This document shows, one piece after another, positions 58,691 to 64,000 of a stretch of DNA of 64,000 bases. Source of the stretch: an uncultured Gammaproteobacteria bacterium (GTDB lineage Bacteria > Patescibacteriota > Microgenomatia > UBA8517); NCBI GenBank assembly GCA_964599625.1, contig CAZRGC010000004.1, positions 75,705 through 139,704 on the forward strand, in the 5' to 3' direction. Within the stretch, counting starts at the first letter, position 1, and each line of letters opens with the position of its first letter. The notes beneath the pieces are model-generated. The model was not told the DNA's origin, did not search any database, and saw only the letters and a program-made list of their open reading frames with translations. The position numbers were made by a program, and so were the translations under genes.

Positions 58691-60193
58691 TTAGTAACCC
58701 AGGCTTTTTAGTTTTTCCAATTCCTCTGCTTCATCTTCCGGTCTCAAGTGCGACTTTGGTAACTCATACTGGTCAAACTTGTCATAAAGCATAGTTTTCA
58801 GATCAAAGTGAACGCGGCCTTTTTCGTAAAGCAGATTAGTTTTTTCTTCCGGGTCCAACTTAATATTAAAAAGCTCCTCGTTTCGGGCCGAATCGTAGCA
58901 ATTTTCTTTGTCTGCATAAAATATATATTTATAGTCACCTTTTATAACTGCGTAGTTCTGAAAAGCCTCAAAAAAAGCCGTCTTCCTTTTACCTTGGAAA
59001 ATATTTGTAAATGTAGTCTTTATAAACTTGTCAAACGGAACGCTGTCTAGGTAGGTTTTATCAATATTCAGCCCCAAAAGGTTTGTTAATGTAGAGATAA
59101 CGTCAGTATTAAGGACCATCTGAGAAACATTGCTCCCTTTACTTTTTGGATGTTTTACAATCAAAGGTATTTTAATGTGGCTTTGGTATGCGGTTCCTCC
59201 GTGAGTGTAGAAATAGTCATGATCAAACCCTTCACCGTGATCACCATAGAAAAGCACGATTGTATTCTTATCTAACCCCAAATCTTTGAGGGCCATAAAA
59301 ATTTTCCCCATTTGTTCATCGTCGGCTTTTATCTCGCCATCATATAGTGAACTATAAACATCCAAATTTGGGGGTGGAGTTTCTGGATTGCAGCCTTTCA
59401 ATACTGTTTTTTGCGGTTGAGCTTGGGTAACGTAATTCAGTCGTTCTTTTTCCCATTGTTCGTAGCTTTTTGAATCTATCTTTTTGCAAACAGGTGAATT
59501 TTCCAGACATCTGTATTTATATTTGGGGGAATAGGGTCCGTGTGGATCCGCGAGATGTACCCACAAAAAGAACTTCTGTTTACCGGCACCTTTTAACCAA
59601 CTGATTGCATCGTTAACAAGTGTCTCATGGTCTTGGTCAGAGCTGCTCCAGGATGGGTAAGATCTGTAATTGCGAAAATCGTTACTGAAGTTTTTGGCAC
59701 TTGGTGAAAGCACGCTGTTTGCAACGAATGCTGCAGTTTTGTACCCATGTCTTGTTAAAACCTCGGGAATTGTGAGTGTCCTGGGACTTAGAAAAAAACT
59801 TTCGTTGGAGATGATCCTGGTTTGGTATGGGTGCTTTCCTGTAAACAAGGCCGTAAAAGAAGGAACTGTTAATGGGGACACTGTGTAGGCATTATTGAAC
59901 ACAGTCGCATCTTTAGACCATTCGTCAATATTGGGTGTTGTTCCTCCTTGATAGCCATAAACACCCATACGGTCTTGTCTAAGTGTGTCTACTGACAGGA
60001 TTATCACGTTGTATCCGTTTCCATCCTTATTCTTAAAAAATCTTGTATAAATATAAGAAACCAAAAAGCCGACTAAAAAAATACTTGCAAAAAGCAAAGA
60101 CCATTTAACAAAAGGATTTTTATAAATTTTGAAGAATGACTTGACCAAGTGTTGCTTCATATTCAAAAAAACATAAGATTGAGTATACTTCAA
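58691..60193 (-). CDS. sulfatase-fold (alkaline-phosphatase superfamily) membrane-anchored enzyme, LtaS/phosphotransferase-like rather than a true sulfatase
   Basis: N-terminal TM, NVIILSVDTLRQDRMG..., and the nucleophile region TVPSFTALFTG (Thr where sulfatases have C/S, Phe where they have Arg). Confidence 0.7.
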   Translation of the reverse strand: MKYTQSYVFLNMKQHLVKSFFKIYKNPFVKWSLLFASIFLVGFLVSYIYTRFFKNKDGNGYNVIILSVDTLRQDRMGVYGYQGGTTPNIDEWSKDATVFNNAYTVSPLTVPSFTALFTGKHPYQTRIISNESFFLSPRTLTIPEVLTRHGYKTAAFVANSVLSPSAKNFSNDFRNYRSYPSWSSSDQDHETLVNDAISWLKGAGKQKFFLWVHLADPHGPYSPKYKYRCLENSPVCKKIDSKSYEQWEKERLNYVTQAQPQKTVLKGCNPETPPPNLDVYSSLYDGEIKADDEQMGKIFMALKDLGLDKNTIVLFYGDHGEGFDHDYFYTHGGTAYQSHIKIPLIVKHPKSKGSNVSQMVLNTDVISTLTNLLGLNIDKTYLDSVPFDKFIKTTFTNIFQGKRKTAFFEAFQNYAVIKGDYKYIFYADKENCYDSARNEELFNIKLDPEEKTNLLYEKGRVHFDLKTMLYDKFDQYELPKSHLRPEDEAEELEKLKSLGY

Positions 60194-60204
60194 TTATAAA
60201 TTTA

Positions 60205-61365
60205 ATGAAAACTGACAAAATATTATTGTTATCAAATATAGAACCTGGTGGCGCATGGATTTTTACTGAAAGATTTATTACGAAATATGTTTCTGATAAC
60301 GAACCATTTTCCGTTAGGATTATATCTGCCCCACCAACAACAATCTGTAAATTAAAGTCTCACATAAACATAGTAAAAGCTCCGCCGTCTTCCCCGCCGT
60401 TTAGTTTTGTTAAAAGTTTTTTTGGTTTTTTATATATGACATATTTAGCAATAAAACATATTTCTAAAGATTTTAATCCCGACTTGGTAATTTCTACAGA
60501 TTACAGATTCTCAATCGTTGCTTCCATTTTCTTTTTCCGTAGAGCCAAAGTTGTATTTTGGTTTCACGGTTCACAAAGTGTTTTGTATAACAACGTTTTT
60601 CAACTGGATAGGAGACAAATTTTAATTAAGATATTTGAAAGACTAGCCCTTTTGCTTTCACCTCTAACAGTTGTCCCAAGTGTATATGCAAAAAGCTTTG
60701 TGTACAGAAGATTAGGCCTTTTTGCTTCCATGAAAAACGTAAAAGTTGTCGAAAATTTTGTACCTGACTTCATAGATGGGACTAAAAAATATAGTAAATC
60801 TAAATTGAGAACTTTGTTAAAGCTGAATTTAAATGACAACATTGTTTTGTACTCCGGAAGAATCAGCCTTTACAAAGGTTTGGAGGGCCTAGTTAGCTAT
60901 TTTAATCGAGTTGATAACAAAAAAATAAAGTTGGTTGTTGCAGCGCCAACAAACAATCAGAATATTAGACTGGTAAAATTGCTTAAGGAGTCGAAAAAAA
61001 TAATACTTTTTGAAAATCTGTCACCCGAAAAATTATATTTTTTGTACCAGGCCTCAGACTTGTTGATTCTTCCATCGGAGCAAGAAATGGCTCCCTTGTC
61101 GGTTATCGAAGCTGCGGCTTCCGGATTGAGTGTGGCGGGAACCAACACGGGTAATATTTCGGACTTGGTTCACAAGATTGACCCAAATCTAATACTAAAA
61201 AATACAAGCACAGTGGAAATAGGCAGAGTTGTTGCTTATTATTTTTCGCTAAAAATGAATAAGAGACAAAAAATATCTGCCGAATTTGAAAAGGAAGGTA
61301 AAAAACAAACATTCACCAAGAGTCTTAATATGTTTAAGAAGGCACTGCGAAGCTATAAGTTATAA
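60205..61365 (+). CDS. glycosyltransferase family 4
   Basis: C-terminal PSEQEMAPLSVIEAAASGLSV (GT4 E-x7-E). Confidence 0.7.
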   Translation: MKTDKILLLSNIEPGGAWIFTERFITKYVSDNEPFSVRIISAPPTTICKLKSHINIVKAPPSSPPFSFVKSFFGFLYMTYLAIKHISKDFNPDLVISTDYRFSIVASIFFFRRAKVVFWFHGSQSVLYNNVFQLDRRQILIKIFERLALLLSPLTVVPSVYAKSFVYRRLGLFASMKNVKVVENFVPDFIDGTKKYSKSKLRTLLKLNLNDNIVLYSGRISLYKGLEGLVSYFNRVDNKKIKLVVAAPTNNQNIRLVKLLKESKKIILFENLSPEKLYFLYQASDLLILPSEQEMAPLSVIEAAASGLSVAGTNTGNISDLVHKIDPNLILKNTSTVEIGRVVAYYFSLKMNKRQKISAEFEKEGKKQTFTKSLNMFKKALRSYKL

Positions 61366-62228
61366 TACCTCTCGGGCACTCGGGGAATTTTTTTATTACC
61401 AAAAATTGAAGTTATTTGCGTTTTATAAGCTAAAATTGACTTCTCTTTGGCTGCAAAATCCGAAGATTTGGGATACAAAATAATGTCTGCACTCGGAATA
61501 TCTTTTTTGGAATATTGATTGTATGGAAAGTCAGACCAGAGCAAGACCTCGTCGTACATTTCTGTTGCAATACTTCTTACTAAAATGTGGTCTACATGAC
61601 CACCCTCACCAAAGGGCGCAAAAACAATTGCGTTTTTTGTTGTGTTTGTTATTTTTTTCAATTTATTTTTAATTTTTGATTTTAGCTCAAGGTCGTAATT
61701 GGACACTCGTCCCGAAAACTGTATATCAGTGGAGCGATAAATCGGCTTATTTTTTTTGTCTAATCTCCAGGCGGCATCAATAAAATTCAAATGAATAGGT
61801 TTAAATCCAAGTATTTTGGAAGCAGACCTGTCTTCAAGTTTTCGTTGATAGAAAAGTTTTTTACCATCAGTGGCGCCGCATTGCTCCAAAAAAAGATTGG
61901 CTTGTGGGGTACTGGGACTATTATTGCAGTCCGAGAACACGGTTATCACACTTACTTGTTTATTTAATTTTCTGAGCTTGGCAAGGATAAGCCCACAGGA
62001 AAAAACTGCATCATCCAGGTGTGGTGACAAAAAAACAAATGACTGATATCTTTCTAGGATGTCCGAAAGATTTTTACTAAAATAGTCACTTTTGAGCAAG
62101 TAACGAATAGAAATCATGTTCTTTAAGTATGTCAGACTTCGGCAGGTTCCGGAAGCTAATTTTAGAGTTTGACAAAATTTCAAAAAGATTTGAATTTTCA
62201 TAAACAAAAATATTTTTAAATCCCCCAC
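61353..62228 (-). CDS. PIG-L/LmbE-family N-acetylglucosaminyl deacetylase
   Basis: FLSPHLDDAVFSCG (P-H-x-DD motif) and HVDH. Confidence 0.75.
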   Translation of the reverse strand: MGDLKIFLFMKIQIFLKFCQTLKLASGTCRSLTYLKNMISIRYLLKSDYFSKNLSDILERYQSFVFLSPHLDDAVFSCGLILAKLRKLNKQVSVITVFSDCNNSPSTPQANLFLEQCGATDGKKLFYQRKLEDRSASKILGFKPIHLNFIDAAWRLDKKNKPIYRSTDIQFSGRVSNYDLELKSKIKNKLKKITNTTKNAIVFAPFGEGGHVDHILVRSIATEMYDEVLLWSDFPYNQYSKKDIPSADIILYPKSSDFAAKEKSILAYKTQITSIFGNKKIPRVPERYYNL

Positions 62229-63015
62229 TCCTTAGACCATTCCTGAAAACGTATTCAGGTGTACCAAAAAAACCTTTGAAACGAGTTTTTGAGGCGTTTA
62301 TCGTATGGATTATCATTATTTTGCCGGTTTTGCGAATTAGCCGGACCCCTTCTTTTATGAATGGTTGCTTGTTTTTTATATCATGCAGGCAGTCACAAGC
62401 TATGATATTCTCCAGAGATCTTGTTGCAAACGGCAGCCCGTCGTTGGCATCTGCACAAACTAATACAGTTTTATTGTCCGAGAAAAAATATTTTGATATA
62501 TACAGGCTGAGCATGGAATTGTCCAATGCATAAATTTTTGATTTCCCAACCGAAGTCCGTATAAAGGGCAATAGCTGACCCACTCCGCTTCCGAAATCGA
62601 GCACGCTGCCATTTGTAAGGAGGCGGACGCATTTTTTACCCAAATTGAATGATAAATCGCCATGCCTTCTCAGAAGATAATTAACCCAACTCTTTGGATA
62701 CCCAAAAATTGTTAAAGTTTGCATTGATATTTTAAATCCTAAAAACCTCCAAAGTCCCATCTTCGAAAACAACAATACTGGTATCGAAAGTTTTGGGTGA
62801 AGGTCTAACAACTTTAACAAGGCAAAAATGTTGTTGCCGTTTTCTAATAGTTCTACCGCCTCCTTTGCTTTTTTATCTTTTATTAAATATAAAATCCCGT
62901 CGACAGCCGGATATTTAAAACACTTACAATTGTAAATATCGGTGCCAGTATTTTTTTTGAGCTTGGAGTTGCAAAATTTGCAAATAAAAACCGTATCGTT
63001 ATTTTTGGTTTTCAC
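62086..63015 (-). CDS. class I SAM methyltransferase with N-terminal Zn-ribbon
   Basis: CKFCNS...CKC Zn ribbon, then VLDFGSGVGQ motif I. It overlaps the 3' end of the PIG-L gene by 143 nt, so the start of one of them is probably mis-set. Confidence 0.65.
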   Translation of the reverse strand: MKTKNNDTVFICKFCNSKLKKNTGTDIYNCKCFKYPAVDGILYLIKDKKAKEAVELLENGNNIFALLKLLDLHPKLSIPVLLFSKMGLWRFLGFKISMQTLTIFGYPKSWVNYLLRRHGDLSFNLGKKCVRLLTNGSVLDFGSGVGQLLPFIRTSVGKSKIYALDNSMLSLYISKYFFSDNKTVLVCADANDGLPFATRSLENIIACDCLHDIKNKQPFIKEGVRLIRKTGKIMIIHTINASKTRFKGFFGTPEYVFRNGLRSGGFKNIFVYENSNLFEILSNSKISFRNLPKSDILKEHDFYSLLAQK

Positions 63016-63835
63016 TTTCGGTTATTTTGGTTACTACCGGGCCAACATAAATCTTGGAAGTGCTTAAAGGTATGCTTTGACCTATCAGGATGGGTATATC
63101 GTCGAACAAGTAATATTTATTATTTATCATTGTTGCATTTATCTTAAGTGTCAAAAAAATGTCTTTCAACAACGGATTGAACCTTGTTAACACCTCCCCT
63201 TGAGAAGTTGTCACAACTTTTTTGGCAGGTAATGTACGTTTGGCTACTATTGTCATAACAGGGTTCCCCTCGCTGTCGTTGATTGTGTCGCCCACATTTA
63301 ATGCGTCCGCGATATAGTCTCTGGTTCCCGTTGTTTCCAAGAATGTCGAGTCTATCATAATTTGTGTTTCGACCATCAGTTCTTTTTTCACTCTCCTGTC
63401 CGGGATCTTGTCGATATTTGTAATTATTCCTTCCGTGTTAATGTAGTCTAGTTGGAGCTTGATAGGATAACCGACGAGGAGGGGTTTACCCTTGTATGAA
63501 TATTGCATTGTAGATTTTGTATACAACGCGTGAACTTTCATTGTAAGGTAAACAGCTTGTTTGTTTTTGTCTGAGTCGTATCTAAAAACTTTTGTAACCT
63601 CAACCTGAGGCTTACCCGCACCATCCCGTTCAGTCATCCCAACCGTAAAGAGTTGTGCAAACCAGTCTCTAGACCCAGGTCTCATGAATGAAACGTCGTC
63701 TTCGCCGATCTTAACGGTTATGTTGACATATTCGGGTCTTCTCAAAAATGTAACAGCAAAAAACAAAACCCCTACAAAAAAAAGGGCCACAAGCAAGTAA
63801 TCAAAAACTGTAAGTTTCTTAAGTTTGTCTCTCAT
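62999..63835 (-). CDS. membrane-anchored hypothetical protein
   Basis: N-terminal TM LLVALFFVGVLFFAVTFL, followed by an extracytoplasmic domain. Confidence 0.5.
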   Translation of the reverse strand: MRDKLKKLTVFDYLLVALFFVGVLFFAVTFLRRPEYVNITVKIGEDDVSFMRPGSRDWFAQLFTVGMTERDGAGKPQVEVTKVFRYDSDKNKQAVYLTMKVHALYTKSTMQYSYKGKPLLVGYPIKLQLDYINTEGIITNIDKIPDRRVKKELMVETQIMIDSTFLETTGTRDYIADALNVGDTINDSEGNPVMTIVAKRTLPAKKVVTTSQGEVLTRFNPLLKDIFLTLKINATMINNKYYLFDDIPILIGQSIPLSTSKIYVGPVVTKITESENQK

Positions 63836-64000
63836 TCAAAAAACCCAGGAAAAGCATTAAATATATTTCTCCGCTAATAACTGAGAAAATACTCACAATT
63901 CCAAAGGAAAACATTATACCTATTAAACTTAGAAGTGGCATCTCTGAGTTTTTTAGGCCTTTGGTCTTGAGTTTGTTTTTCAATATCCCGGCGACTGATA
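63819..64000 (-). CDS. partial CDS (C-terminal ~59 codons of a membrane protein continuing beyond the window end)
   Basis: Open minus-strand frame to the window edge ending …LIGIMFSFGIVSIFSVISGEIYLMLFLGFLNERQT*. A second frame is also open for 41 codons, so the frame is uncertain. Confidence 0.25.
   Translation of the reverse strand, partial: SVAGILKNKLKTKGLKNSEMPLLSLIGIMFSFGIVSIFSVISGEIYLMLFLGFLNERQT

Noticed and set aside
62086-62228. 143-nt overlap between the methyltransferase and PIG-L genes as a programmed frameshift or fusion
   Set aside because: More simply explained by an over-extended start in the ORF track (internal Met downstream in the PIG-L ORF). No slippery heptamer was noticed.

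Overview
This is a low-GC, gene-dense window with tightly overlapping genes and almost no non-coding DNA, most consistent with a Candidate Phyla Radiation (Patescibacteria)-like bacterium. There are no rRNA or tRNA genes, no CRISPR array and no clear mobile element. The housekeeping anchors are gyrA, gyrB, a short holB-like gene, inorganic pyrophosphatase, an RSH (p)ppGpp enzyme, an L,D-transpeptidase and PgeF.

Three large cell-surface modules sit between these anchors:
- A: two tandem sortase-plus-substrate cassettes. The substrates share a conserved module and a tripartite C-terminal sorting signal, one with an LAxTG-like motif, and carry Thr/Pro/Ser-rich linkers. They lie directly downstream of a ~14.5 kb co-directional glycan operon. 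That operon holds a GH5-like hydrolase, two PMT/ArnT-like GT-C mannosyltransferases, a NodB deacetylase, a CDP-alcohol phosphotransferase, GT2, a DegT aminotransferase, GT4, an epimerase, and a 1522-aa GT2-GT2(QxxRW)-Wzx/MATE-like-GT4 fusion protein.
- B: a complete Gram-positive-style type IV pilus locus (pilB-pilT-pilC-pilin-pilD plus nine further pilin-like genes, two of them with tandem-duplicated leader peptides).
- C: a second glycan locus with three paralogous Wzy_C (O-antigen-ligase/PglL-like) genes interleaved with two paralogous small proteins, a TagA-like GT26, GT4s, an epimerase, a PIG-L deacetylase, a Zn-ribbon methyltransferase, an NPP-type phosphodiesterase, a PAPS-reductase-like PP-loop protein and a Thr-nucleophile sulfatase-fold (LtaS-like) enzyme.

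The most novel-looking items are the cassette-duplicated sortase system with a variant sorting signal next to PMT-like O-mannosyltransferases (a putative surface-protein O-glycosylation and display island), the giant glycosyltransferase-flippase fusion, and a teichoic-acid-like toolkit in an organism expected to lack one. All calls rest on motif recognition by eye; no database searches were run.
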